Counted from the stretch's first letter, positions 19,649-29,510 are shown. The stretch is DNA of 64,000 bases from an uncultured Ectothiorhodospiraceae bacterium (GCA_945787125.1 CALZHW010000003.1:4094-68093), one strand, 5' to 3'. The notes: generated by a model not told the origin, from the letters alone. Made by a program: numbers and translations.

Positions 19649-19915
19649 AAAACGAGCTGACTAATTGTTGTTAGGATATTTTAACAATGAAATTTGGGTG
19701 TGGTTCAAAACAGAGTAACATATCTCGAGCCTCGAATGAGCCACTAATTGCTTTATTATTAGTCTATTTATCTGCAATTCAGCCGATTTCTAGCATTATT
19801 ATCTTTGGTATACTCGTAGTTTATTTATACCGTATCAACTAGAGGGCGACTGTTTTGAATGGTGATAGAAACTGTGTTTCTCGGTGTTTTAGAACGAAAA
19901 TTATGCGTTTGAGTT

Positions 19916-19943
19916 GAGATGAGATGAGATGAGATGAGATGAT
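19916..19943. repeat. Pentanucleotide microsatellite (GAGAT)x5
   Basis: gagatgagatgagatgagatgagatgat, 50 bp outside the left transposon end. Confidence 0.8.
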
Positions 19944-19991
19944 AAATTTAATACTCCGACAATTAATTCACGAGCCTTTTCGTACAACAAT

Positions 19992-20030
19992 GGGTCCCCA
20001 ACAATATAGGGGTGTAAATGCCACACTTTG
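19992..20030. repeat. Left terminal inverted repeat of the Tn3-family element
   Basis: Matches the reverse complement of 25590..25629 except for one missing G at the outer tip. Confidence 0.8.
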
Positions 20031-20100
20031 CAATCTAACGTATTGTTTATAATAACAATACTTCAGGACTTTTTTATCGAACTCATGCATAGTAAGTCAC

Positions 20101-23100
20101 TTAATTACCTTTTTTGGCTATATTTAGCGATTTTATTTTCTTATAATCAAATTGCGGATCATTTTCTGCTCGTCGAGTAAAGTCGTATTCCCCTCGAAGG
20201 TTCACGTGGGCCCAGGTAATGACAGATCCCTCACCAATCGATTTAATGATAATAGAACGCTGCTCTTTATTGGGTGTTTCTATGATTAAATTCGAAAGGT
20301 ACAAATAATTCCAAAGTATAATCGAATTTTGTAACAAGACTTGGCAGGCTGTTGATAGTTGCTGTTCTTCTTTTGTTCCAACTTGAAATGCCTGATCATT
20401 ATCAAAAAATACAGCATGTGCGAATTTATTGGTTTGTTCAATTCGATTTAATTGCTTTTGGATCTGTTGCCTTAGCTCCACATCATCATAATACGTCAAT
20501 ATGAAATTAGATTTTATGATTCTTCCAAGTTCTTGAAGTGCTTTGTATAAAGGGTGGGATTTGTTATATGAATTTAGTCGACTAAATAATTGAGATGCCG
20601 ACGTGTGGTTCATTTTTATCGTTGCGATGAATCTAAGCACATCGTCCCAATGTTGAAGAATATGCTTTTTGTCAATTGATCGACTGGGAAGAAGAACATA
20701 ACCTTTTTTCTCGTAGGTTCGTCTTGCAGAAAAACTGATTAATCGTTGGTGTCCAATGTTTTTTATTCGTGGCGCAAAATCAACACCAATCATATGGGTA
20801 GCTGCGAAAACTTGCTCAGTATATCCATGTGTGTCGGTTGAGTGAATTTGATTTTGTGAGACATTATTATGCATTAAACCATCAATGACATATGCCGCTT
20901 CTCGATCAGATGAACTAAAAACAGTTGAATAAAATAACGATTGTCGTTCATCAATAAAGGTATACATGGTTACCCCTTTTTCTTTACCAAAATATTTGAA
21001 CGAATAATTGGCATGGAGACTATCAACTGAGACATTCACTTTCCGGCCATCGCTACTGGAATGTAATATTGAAGGCTTATTAATATAATTATTGGCAAGC
21101 CCTAAGCCATGGATCGCACTCACAATACGCTGATTGGCTTCTGTGATATTTTTTAGATCAAGGCACCAATTAACTGCATTATGTAATATATGTTCAGAAA
21201 TGCCGGTAGAAATATTCGCTAGTTTTCGTATGCCAATATTACACCCCTTACCAATTACACCGGCTAAAAGGGTTTCTTCTGAAGGCTTTAATTTGACATT
21301 TTTAGTGCTAAAGTGTTTAAAACACTGAGTGAAATCTGTTGCTGCATTAACTTCTTTAAGGACTTTCAGTATGGGTGTATATCCGTTTTGAGTTAACGTT
21401 GTCGTGATAAATTCTTTGCCTTCATTATCGACGCCCGGTGTCGTAATGACAGGTTTCCCGGCAGCATTAATTTTAAAAAAGGGATTTTTATTGTCAATAA
21501 TGCGTTGATTAACCGAATGATATTTTTCATCTAATACCTCCTTTAGTTTGCCTAAATAATCCTTACCATCAGCAAATTTTGATAGATCACATTCCTCGAG
21601 TATGCGCTCTTTATTGTCTTTCCAATATTGTTTGTCAATCATGTAATCTTGAAATGCCCTGTATCGATAAGAATAAAGTAAATTTAATTTATCAGATCGA
21701 ATTCCTTTTGAAATATGAACAAACAAAAGGCATTTATAAAGGGGTACGACAAATTTATTCTCGTGGTAGAGACTGGCAAGTTCTGAGTCACTGAGAAATG
21801 CAGTGGGTGCTCGATGTGTTATTTTTCCATCAGTTTCTTTAAAATAATCAATTGCCTCCAGTAGTTCCGGTGACGAGTTTGTGCGATCAAATTCCAAAAC
21901 ATTAATAATACCGGATACTCGGCGCTGTAATTTATTTGACTGTGATTTAAGTAACTCGTAATAAGCTTGATTTCTTGCTTCTTTTGATAAATATTCATCG
22001 ATGGTGTTCAATTTTCCTTCGTCTTCTGTGGTTAAATCATCAAGTAAATTAACCAGTTCTTCAATTTTATGATATTTTTCATTTGGTGTAGCATCTTTGG
22101 ACTCTACAATCGTAATAACCGCTTTACTAAATTCCAATAACGACTTGTGCGAATTGTTTAATATTTGTAACGCTTCGTTTCTTTCTTTTTTTGTCTCTTG
22201 CTCTTTATTAGATAACTTGGAATTAACAGCATGAAGCATGGAATTCACCGATTTTTGGAGTATTTCAACCAAGGCATCTTGTCGTAAATAAAACTGATGC
22301 TTAATAAAAGCAAGAAGATGTAAATACACCTTATATCGATCCGACAATTGATTTAATTGCTGATAATCCACTTTTGAAAACCATGTCGCAAAATATTCTG
22401 TGGCAGGGTCACTGAGTGGCAATGTTTTAAGTATATTTTCCATTGACATAATAAGGTCTTTAAATATCAGCGTGTTTTTAATGTTTTCTTTAATTTCACC
22501 AGGTTTCAATCCTTGATTGATATTTTTTAAATCAGTGATGAAAGGGCGAGAACGTTGAAAATCGTTCTTTTCGTATGACAGTATGTTTTCTAAGCTTTGA
22601 CAATCTTCGCTGTTCAATTGCCTGGATAAACAATCAATTAACTGCAGCTCTGTTACGTTAATACAATCCTGAATGATGAGGCATAAGTCAGTATAGGAAG
22701 GTATACAAAATTGGTGTTTCCAGCACTGATCAATAAGTCCAATGAAAATGTCTTTAGGCTTAACTTGGTTATTCGCTTGTCGTAAAGCAAAGTTAGTGAG
22801 CATGTCATTTTCCGATGACCCAAATTTTGACCAACCTTGTTGGACTAAAATTTTGGAACGATGTTTAGAGTTGATTGTACTGTTGTATTTTTGCAAATCG
22901 ATATCTTTACATTGTAAAATTGCTTGGACGTGTTGAATATCGCGTTTTTTGAATTTTTCCGTGGGATAAAATCGAGCATTTGCCCGAAAATAGGCTAACT
23001 GCAAAAGAAAGCCAGCTCGCATATGATGATTTTCCATTCTGGATATGGATCGCTTTAAGCCGGGTGTTAATGAAAAATACAATGTCCGTTCTTCATTGTT

Positions 23101-23163
23101 GAATTTTGGTGGCAATTCGAATTGGCTTTTTTCCTGAGGCGACAGAATGGCAAGTAGAGTCAT
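20101..23163 (-). CDS. tnpA: Tn3-family transposase
   Basis: 1020 aa. N-terminal IR-binding region similar to Tn3 TnpA (..AGFLLQLAYFRANARF..) and a C-terminal DDE RNase-H-like domain. Confidence 0.9.
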   Translation of the reverse strand: MTLLAILSPQEKSQFELPPKFNNEERTLYFSLTPGLKRSISRMENHHMRAGFLLQLAYFRANARFYPTEKFKKRDIQHVQAILQCKDIDLQKYNSTINSKHRSKILVQQGWSKFGSSENDMLTNFALRQANNQVKPKDIFIGLIDQCWKHQFCIPSYTDLCLIIQDCINVTELQLIDCLSRQLNSEDCQSLENILSYEKNDFQRSRPFITDLKNINQGLKPGEIKENIKNTLIFKDLIMSMENILKTLPLSDPATEYFATWFSKVDYQQLNQLSDRYKVYLHLLAFIKHQFYLRQDALVEILQKSVNSMLHAVNSKLSNKEQETKKERNEALQILNNSHKSLLEFSKAVITIVESKDATPNEKYHKIEELVNLLDDLTTEDEGKLNTIDEYLSKEARNQAYYELLKSQSNKLQRRVSGIINVLEFDRTNSSPELLEAIDYFKETDGKITHRAPTAFLSDSELASLYHENKFVVPLYKCLLFVHISKGIRSDKLNLLYSYRYRAFQDYMIDKQYWKDNKERILEECDLSKFADGKDYLGKLKEVLDEKYHSVNQRIIDNKNPFFKINAAGKPVITTPGVDNEGKEFITTTLTQNGYTPILKVLKEVNAATDFTQCFKHFSTKNVKLKPSEETLLAGVIGKGCNIGIRKLANISTGISEHILHNAVNWCLDLKNITEANQRIVSAIHGLGLANNYINKPSILHSSSDGRKVNVSVDSLHANYSFKYFGKEKGVTMYTFIDERQSLFYSTVFSSSDREAAYVIDGLMHNNVSQNQIHSTDTHGYTEQVFAATHMIGVDFAPRIKNIGHQRLISFSARRTYEKKGYVLLPSRSIDKKHILQHWDDVLRFIATIKMNHTSASQLFSRLNSYNKSHPLYKALQELGRIIKSNFILTYYDDVELRQQIQKQLNRIEQTNKFAHAVFFDNDQAFQVGTKEEQQLSTACQVLLQNSIILWNYLYLSNLIIETPNKEQRSIIIKSIGEGSVITWAHVNLRGEYDFTRRAENDPQFDYKKIKSLNIAKKGN

Positions 23164-23266
23164 ATTAATTATCCTTAATTAAAAATTGACGGCAGAATGA
23201 TCTAATAAAGAGCCGTTAGACCTCGAATACGATGGGGAATCATGATACTGTATTGTTATCAAATAT

Positions 23267-23302
23267 CAATATGTCCGATAATAGTTATTATCGGACATAT
23301 TG
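23267..23302. promoter_or_regulatory. Perfect 17-bp inverted repeat with a 2-bp spacer between tnpA and the recombinase gene; candidate core recombination (res/IRS) site
   Basis: caatatgtccgataata-gt-tattatcggacatattg, located 50 bp upstream of the tyrosine recombinase start. Confidence 0.45.
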
Positions 23303-23350
23303 AATACGGCATATTTTCCGCTATAATTAGCATATTATGGAAAGCCTAGA

Positions 23351-24613
23351 ATGCCAATTATGAACCCAAAGCGCCAATCACCAATGCCAATTATTGATAA
23401 TCTCACTCATATTGGTAATCCCTTTAAACAAACAAATTTCTCCACTGACCGGTATTTAAATCATAAAGTAAGTCAATCGGATATCGATCTTGAGTACGCG
23501 CTGAAGTTTCTTTATAGTTTCAACGGCAGTACAGCCACTTATAATAGCTACCGAAAAGAAATTGAACGATTGATACAATGGAGTTGGCGTATTGAAAAAG
23601 TTTCGATATTGAGTCTCAGACGAGAATCAATCGAGGAATTCTTACGTTTTTGTTTCAATCCGCCCATGGCATGGATCGGTACAAAGCATGTTTCTCGATT
23701 TAAAACAAAAAACGGAGAACGATTAACAAACACCGATTGGCGTCCATTTGTCATTACGCTTTCAAAAACAGCGTTTCGAACGGGTGTTGAACTCGACCCA
23801 AAACAATTTTGTCCCTCACAGGCGTCCATTAAAGCGACATTTAGTATATTGTCATCCTTCTATGAATACCTTATCCAGGAAGACCTTGTTCAATCAAATC
23901 CCGTTAAACTCATTAAACAAAAAAGCAAATTTATACGAAAAGATTCCTGTAAACCAATCGTCAGGCGTATTAGTAAACTTCAGTGGGATTATGTGCTAGA
24001 AACAGCAGAATTAGCCGGAACTGATCAAACATTTGAACAAGAACGTACCTTATTTATCATGAATTGTCTTTTTGCGATGTATCTTCGTATTTCAGAATTG
24101 GTTGCAGATGAACGATCATCTCCAGTGATGAGCGACTTCAAAAAAGATCGAGACGGCAACTGGTGGTTTCATGTGATTGGCAAAGGTAATAAAAGTCGAA
24201 GTGTTACAGTTTGCAACGATATGTTAAAAGCATTAAAGCGTTATCGAAAAGCTCAAGGGCTGTCGCCTCTGCCCTCGCCTGACGAACAGTTACCATTAAT
24301 TTCAAAAATAAAAGGCAAAGGACCAGTCACTAGCACACGTCAAATTAGGCGGATTGTCCAAGACTGTTTTGATGGCGCATACCAGCGCATGAAGGCCGAT
24401 GGCCTAAAAGATGATGCGTCAGATTTGAAAGCTGCTACTGTTCACTGGTTGCGTCACACGGGCATCTCAGAAGATGTGAAATTTCGCCCTCGTGAGCATG
24501 TCAGAGATGATGCCGGTCACGCTAGTATGGCAACAACAGATCGATATGTTGATTCAGATTTACGAGAACGACACGCATCAGGAAAACAAAAACGGATTAA
24601 AGAAGTTTTCTAA
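23351..24613 (+). CDS. Tyrosine site-specific recombinase (phage-integrase family), probably the cointegrate resolvase of the transposon (TnpI/TnpS-like)
   Basis: C-terminal catalytic signature HWLRHTGISE...HVRDDAGHASMATTDRYV (R..H..R..Y). The gene lies inside the IR-bounded element. Confidence 0.8.
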   Translation: MPIMNPKRQSPMPIIDNLTHIGNPFKQTNFSTDRYLNHKVSQSDIDLEYALKFLYSFNGSTATYNSYRKEIERLIQWSWRIEKVSILSLRRESIEEFLRFCFNPPMAWIGTKHVSRFKTKNGERLTNTDWRPFVITLSKTAFRTGVELDPKQFCPSQASIKATFSILSSFYEYLIQEDLVQSNPVKLIKQKSKFIRKDSCKPIVRRISKLQWDYVLETAELAGTDQTFEQERTLFIMNCLFAMYLRISELVADERSSPVMSDFKKDRDGNWWFHVIGKGNKSRSVTVCNDMLKALKRYRKAQGLSPLPSPDEQLPLISKIKGKGPVTSTRQIRRIVQDCFDGAYQRMKADGLKDDASDLKAATVHWLRHTGISEDVKFRPREHVRDDAGHASMATTDRYVDSDLRERHASGKQKRIKEVF

Positions 24614-24724
24614 AATGTGACGTAATTCAATAATATATGATATTTTCACATATTTCCTTGCGAAGGATTTCTTATCTAATTAAGGATTATTGACTTTTAC
24701 CCGATAACCTCCCATAATGGGAGC

Positions 24725-25027
24725 ATGAGAATTATTGCTAAAAGGCGTCTTCGAGAGTTTTGGAGCTCAAACCCCAAATACGCAGATTCAAAAGCCCCCT
24801 TAGAAGCATGGCATGAAGAAGTGTCTGAAGCAGACTGGGAAAACCCACAGCAAGTTAAGTCCCAATTTCGTCATGCCAGCATTCTCAAAGATAGTCGTGT
24901 TGTATTCAATATCAAGGGAAATAATTACCGCTTAGTCGCCAAGATTAATTACCCCTATAGAATCGTTTATGTACGCTTTCTTGGGACTCATCGGCAATAT
25001 GATGAAATAGATGTGGAGACAATATAA
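24725..25027 (+). CDS. higB: HigB-like type II toxin (RelE/ParE superfamily mRNA interferase)
   Basis: 100 aa. FNIKGNNYRLVAKINYPYRIVYVRFLGTHRQYDEI resembles the HigB core (FNVGGN.LRVV....YIREV.THKEYD). The toxin gene comes first, as in higBA loci. Confidence 0.65.
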   Translation: MRIIAKRRLREFWSSNPKYADSKAPLEAWHEEVSEADWENPQQVKSQFRHASILKDSRVVFNIKGNNYRLVAKINYPYRIVYVRFLGTHRQYDEIDVETI

Positions 25028-25395
25028 TGAACATTAAACCAATCAAATGCGAAGCAGATTATGATGATGCGCTTGCTCGTGTTGATGATTTAATGGACGC
25101 GCTGCCAGATAGTCCTGAGGGTGATGAGCTCGATATATTGGTGACATTAATCGAGAAATATGAAGCGCAGCATTACCCTATTGATGCCCCAAACCCTGTT
25201 GAAGCTATTCGCTTTCGTATGGAACAGTATGATTTAAAAGATAAAGACTTGATCCCCTACATCGGTCAATCAGGGCGTGTATCTGAGGTGTTAGGTTTTA
25301 AGCGTAAACTCACACTATCAATGATTAGAAAACTTCACTCTGGCCTTAAAATTCCAACCGAAAGCTTGATTCGAGATTATGAGTTAAAGAATTAA
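25027..25395 (+). CDS. higA: HigA-like antitoxin (HTH, XRE-like)
   Basis: 122 aa. C-terminal HTH region GFKRKLTLSMIRKLHSGLKIP similar to HigA (GKRKLTLEHAKKL). The start codon overlaps the higB stop (ATAATG). Confidence 0.65.
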   Translation: MNIKPIKCEADYDDALARVDDLMDALPDSPEGDELDILVTLIEKYEAQHYPIDAPNPVEAIRFRMEQYDLKDKDLIPYIGQSGRVSEVLGFKRKLTLSMIRKLHSGLKIPTESLIRDYELKN

Positions 25396-25589
25396 TTAAG
25401 TGAATGGGCAAAACTTGTTATCGACAAACTGCGAATGAGTACTGTGTCGACATTGCTGTCATTTGTAAATTTCAACGAAAAAATATTTTTTGAATTAATA
25501 GAAACTTATTGATGGATAATTATGCTTTTGGGCCTTGGATTTTGAAAAAAGTCTTATATATTTTTAACTGAAAACAATAAGTTAAATGC

Positions 25590-25629
25590 CAAAGTGTGGC
25601 ATTTACACCCCTATATTGTTGGGGACCCC
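25590..25629. repeat. Right terminal inverted repeat of the Tn3-family element
   Basis: Reverse complement of IR-L. The outer tip reads GGGGTCCCC. Confidence 0.8.
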
Positions 25630-25633
25630 ATGA

Positions 25634-25710
25634 ACTCCGCCGCAGCCATGAGCTTTAGTTCGGTGTCGGTGATTACCAATACATTGTGGTTGCGAGGCGT
25701 TAAATTGTAA
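25634..25710 (+). pseudogene. Fragment of a second copA 3' end (last about 25 codons), immediately outside IR-R
   Basis: atgaactccgccgcagccatgagctttagttcggtgtcggtgattaccaatacattgtggttgcgaggcgttaaattgtaa is about 80% identical to copA 18860..18943 (..[23 protein letters not shown]). The downstream 30 bp also resemble the copA-methyltransferase intergenic region. Confidence 0.6.
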
Positions 25711-25880
25711 GTTTTTTAACTTTGGGAGATACAACAAAGTTATTTCACAGCTTTCCGTAATTTGTGTAAAAAGGCTGCAAAGTAGTCTACTTGTTAAATT
25801 TTAGTAATGATAGGGGATTTGTACTGATTGTGGTTTATACTTACTTATAACAATTTATCCCACTTTCATATGGTAGGACT

Positions 25881-27968
25881 ATGATTAAAAGAAATATTAC
25901 CCTTGTTATAATGTTGATTTTTAGCGGAATTGGACAAACTTTTGCCGCATCTCAAGACAAACTTGAGCCTTTGCAACAACATCGCCTCTCCACAGTATTG
26001 ATTTCCAAATTAATTGATCATAATCACTACAAACAAATTCGATTAAATGACGAACAATCAGGCGAAATATTTGAAGAGTATCTAAAAACACTCGACCCTA
26101 GTCGCAATATTTTTACGCAAAATGATATTGATCAATTTTCCCGATTTAGGTTGATTTTAGATGATGCAATATTGAAAGGTGACTTGGATCCTGCTTTTAT
26201 CATATTCCGAAAATTTAATCAGCGACGCATTGAACGAGCGAATTATGCGTTAAAACGTTTAGACGTGAAATTTGATTTTTCAATTAAAGAGACCTATTTA
26301 TTTGATCAAGAAGATACCGTTTGGGCTAAAGATGAAAAAGCGTTAGATGAAATCTGGCGAAGAAAGGTGAAAAATGATTATCTGACACTTTTACTTGAAA
26401 GTAAGGAAGAAAATGAGCTGAAAGAAACCTTACGGAAGCGGTATAAACAATTTATAAGACGCTCGAATCAATTCAATGCAGAAGATGTATACGAATTCTT
26501 TATCAATGCCTATCTACGAAGCGTAGAACCTCATACGGCATATTTTTCACCTCGCACATCGGAAAACTTCAACATTAACATGAGTCTTTCTCTTGAAGGC
26601 ATTGGTGCGGTATTACAAACAATCGATGAGCATACGGTGGTGAGGCGCATTATTAAAGGTGGGCCCGCTGATTTAAGCAGGCTTCTTCATGCAGGCGATA
26701 AAATTATTGGTGTAGGGCAGGGGGCAAGAGAAGTAGATGACGTTGTTGGATGGCGCTTGGATGATGTAGTCGACAAAATTCGTGGCCCAAAAGATTCAAT
26801 TGTACAATTACATATTTTGCCCGAAGAGAGTGGACCTGGTGGTTCAGATAAATTCATTACAATTGTAAGAAACAAAATCAACCTAGAAGACCAGCAAGTT
26901 AAAAAATCAGTTTTTGAGATTCCTGATGGGGCAACAACCCGCAAGATAGGTGTTATAGAAATACCAACTTTTTATATGGATTTTGCAGCAGCGGCTCGAG
27001 GAGAAAAGGACTTTAGGAGCACAACCCGTGACACTAAAAAAATTATCGATGAATTAAATGATGAAAAAGTTGATGGGATTGTGGTCGATTTACGCAAAAA
27101 TGGGGGTGGTTCACTCGTTGAAGCTGTTTCATTAACAGGTCTGTTTATTGAGGCGGGCGCAGTGGTGCAAATTCGCAAAAGTAACGGTGAAATTGAATTA
27201 AATGAAGATCATGATGAAAGCATCGACTACAGTGGTCCATTAGCGGTTTTGGTTGATCAATATAGTGCATCAGCTTCAGAAATTTTTGCCGGCGCTATTC
27301 AAGACTATGGACGCGGTGTCATTGTTGGTGAGCCGACCTATGGGAAAGGCACAGTGCAAAATGTTATTGACTTGAATAATTACGTCAAAGGTAATAAATA
27401 CACATTAGGCAAACTCAAAATAACGATGGCTCAGTTTTTCCGTGTGAATGGTGATAGCACTCAACATCGTGGAGTAGTACCAGATATAATTTATTCTACT
27501 TCAGTAAATAGTGATGATCAAGGTGAGCGATCATTTGCAAATGCTTTACCTTGGGCGAAAATTTCTGCCGCGAAGTTTACACCAAGCAATCAACTCCCCG
27601 TTAATATTGATGACATTGAATTGCGCCATGAAATGCGAATTAAAACTGATAGTGGTTTTAATTTTATTCTTGCTCAGACTAAGCTTAGACAAGAAGTTAT
27701 GAAGAAAAAAGTACTCTCTCTCCTTGAATCAAAGAGAAAAATTGAACGCGAGATGCGAAAAAAGAATCGAAACGAAAGATTAAATGAATTTCGCGTGTCA
27801 CGTGGAATGAAGGTGGCTTCTCTTACCGAGGATAGCGCTAAAGATGATGATGAAAATGAGCGCCTGAGTGACGAACTTCATCAAATTTTACTGCGTGAAG
27901 CAGCAACAATCCTTGTGGATCTAAGCAGGGTGCCTGATACGAAAAAACTATCGCAACGAAAATTTTAA
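25881..27968 (+). CDS. prc: Tail-specific (C-terminal processing) protease, S41 family
   Basis: 695 aa. Signal peptide, PDZ domain, and S41 catalytic region (GGGS... TYGKGTVQ). Confidence 0.85.
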   Translation: MIKRNITLVIMLIFSGIGQTFAASQDKLEPLQQHRLSTVLISKLIDHNHYKQIRLNDEQSGEIFEEYLKTLDPSRNIFTQNDIDQFSRFRLILDDAILKGDLDPAFIIFRKFNQRRIERANYALKRLDVKFDFSIKETYLFDQEDTVWAKDEKALDEIWRRKVKNDYLTLLLESKEENELKETLRKRYKQFIRRSNQFNAEDVYEFFINAYLRSVEPHTAYFSPRTSENFNINMSLSLEGIGAVLQTIDEHTVVRRIIKGGPADLSRLLHAGDKIIGVGQGAREVDDVVGWRLDDVVDKIRGPKDSIVQLHILPEESGPGGSDKFITIVRNKINLEDQQVKKSVFEIPDGATTRKIGVIEIPTFYMDFAAAARGEKDFRSTTRDTKKIIDELNDEKVDGIVVDLRKNGGGSLVEAVSLTGLFIEAGAVVQIRKSNGEIELNEDHDESIDYSGPLAVLVDQYSASASEIFAGAIQDYGRGVIVGEPTYGKGTVQNVIDLNNYVKGNKYTLGKLKITMAQFFRVNGDSTQHRGVVPDIIYSTSVNSDDQGERSFANALPWAKISAAKFTPSNQLPVNIDDIELRHEMRIKTDSGFNFILAQTKLRQEVMKKKVLSLLESKRKIEREMRKKNRNERLNEFRVSRGMKVASLTEDSAKDDDENERLSDELHQILLREAATILVDLSRVPDTKKLSQRKF

Positions 27969-28349
27969 AAATTGCATGTAGCGTAAAGAGGCATTGCTTG
28001 AATTAACACCCCCATCGAGGCTGGGGCCTTATGTAAATCAAGCATTAATCCCATATATTTCCTCAACAAACGTTTCAACAGTAAGGGTTTGACACTATAT
28101 TGCACATCGTAGCCAGTTTTGACTCGATGTTCGCTGGTTCAGCGGCAGCATTTGTTACGTGCTAAACATAGGTTTAATCTGGGGCCGGGGAATTGAAGCA
28201 TGAATGTTTGCCTGGATGATGGTGGCGCCGGTGGAAAGCCACATGAGACAATCACATGAACTACAATATATTGAGGCGAGCGCATATTCATCGATTATGT
28301 TGCTGTTTGGTGGCTTCGTTTAGTGTTTAAACAAAAGGAGGTATGAGAT

Positions 28350-28655
28350 ATGAGCAAACGAGTAAATAGGGTGCTGATTCTATGCTTTGGCAGTGTGCTG
28401 ATCTCTTTGTCTTCTTTCGCTTCGGGCGGCGATTTTGAGCGCGGAAAGATGTTGTATGAAAACCAATGCCAAGGTTGCCATGAGAGCGTAGTCCATATTG
28501 AATCACGACGTACAGTTGATTCGTTACACAAGCTTCGGCAGCAGGTTGTGCGTTGGTCTGACGAAGTTGAGACGAAATGGGGTAAGGAAGACATCGCTGA
28601 TGTACTGGAATACCTCAACAAGCAGCATTACCAGCTTGAGGATGAACATACTTAG
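28350..28655 (+). CDS. Small secreted c-type cytochrome (single haem)
   Basis: Signal peptide and a CQGCHES haem-binding motif (CxxCH). 101 aa. Confidence 0.6.
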   Translation: MSKRVNRVLILCFGSVLISLSSFASGGDFERGKMLYENQCQGCHESVVHIESRRTVDSLHKLRQQVVRWSDEVETKWGKEDIADVLEYLNKQHYQLEDEHT

Positions 28656-28797
28656 AGGGAATGGTTTATCTGACCATAGACGATTGAGCCAGTGAACAGA
28701 GCCCTAGATTTGTCTAATTGGAATAAAAGTAACTTAGCCTAGCCAGGAAGCTGGCGTTTTTTAGCCTTATGTTAGGTATAAATTAAAAAGGTAAGAT

Positions 28798-29031
28798 ATG
28801 GCAGCAGCAACCATTACAAGTAAAGGTCAGATAACGATACCTGCTCCAGTCAGGATGGATCTTCATGTTGGCCCGGGTGATCGGATTGAGTTTGTAAAAC
28901 TCTCAGATGGTCGATATGAAGTCGTCGCCGCCACTCAGGATGTGTCATGCATTAAAGGGATGATTAAGGCGATCAGTGCTGTGAGCATTGAAGAGATGGA
29001 CGATGCCATCCGAAGGAAGGCGAGGCAATAA
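28798..29031 (+). CDS. AbrB/MazE/SpoVT-family antitoxin-like protein (apparently an orphan)
   Basis: SKGQITIPAPVRMDLHVGPGDRIEF matches the swapped-hairpin AbrB/MazE fold. No toxin ORF follows; only a 5-codon ORF overlaps its stop. Confidence 0.55.
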   Translation: MAAATITSKGQITIPAPVRMDLHVGPGDRIEFVKLSDGRYEVVAATQDVSCIKGMIKAISAVSIEEMDDAIRRKARQ

Positions 29032-29174
29032 TGTTACCCGTTTTTTAGGGTGTCTGTTAGTTTAGATTTGGGCTAAATTTTTTTCATCCCAAATCGTTTA
29101 GTCTGTGGGGACATCGCTTTGTAAGCTCTGGAGACTATGTATCAATTGAAGATATCACGTAGTGATGAACGCTA

Positions 29175-29510
29175 TTAATATTCCATTTCTGACGGTTCAA
29201 CTTCCTGTGTATGCTCAATACTTAAATGCTGAATAACATCTTCACTCTGGCTAGGAACGCCGATAATTTCGATTCCTTCGCTTGTTTCACGATAAAATAT
29301 TGTGTGCTTTCCTTCAAAATAACTTTGGTAACCTTCCTTTATTTCATCACGCTCTAAGCCAAGTTTGGGGTTTACCACTAACCATTCAAAACGGCTTTCT
29401 AATTGACCCATATATTTTTCGGCTTGTTTCTCCCCCCATGTTTCAATCGAGTAATCACGAATATTAGTAAGGTCGTTTTGGGATAATTCGGAAAGCTTAT
29501 AGTTTGGCAC
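29175..29510 (-). CDS. ParE/RelE-family type II toxin
   Basis: 111 aa with a ParE-like core (IRDYSIETWGEKQAEKY...FEGKHTIFYRETSEGIEIIGV). The start abuts the upstream antitoxin stop. Confidence 0.65.
   Translation of the reverse strand: MPNYKLSELSQNDLTNIRDYSIETWGEKQAEKYMGQLESRFEWLVVNPKLGLERDEIKEGYQSYFEGKHTIFYRETSEGIEIIGVPSQSEDVIQHLSIEHTQEVEPSEMEY

Larger units (their letters stand above)
19992..25629. mobile_element. Tn3-family transposon (about 5.6 kb): tnpA, a tyrosine recombinase, a higBA-like cargo, and ~40-bp terminal inverted repeats
   Basis: Inverted repeats GGG(G)TCCCCAACAATATAGGGGTGTAAATGCCACACTTTG at 19992..20030 and (reverse complement) 25590..25629. A 1020-aa Tn3-type transposase ends about 70 bp inside IR-L. 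An internal palindrome sits next to the recombinase. Confidence 0.8.

Noticed and set aside
19916-19943. Possible CRISPR or phase-variation array at (GAGAT)5, and similarly the 9-bp x4 and 15-bp x3 repeats
   Set aside because: The units are far too short and contiguous (no spacers) for CRISPR, and no cas genes are in the window. They are kept only as microsatellite or operator features.
23351-24613. Phage integrase as a marker of a prophage
   Set aside because: It lies inside a 5.6-kb element bounded by Tn3-type inverted repeats next to a Tn3-family transposase. No phage structural genes are present. It is better explained as a TnpI/TnpS-like resolvase.
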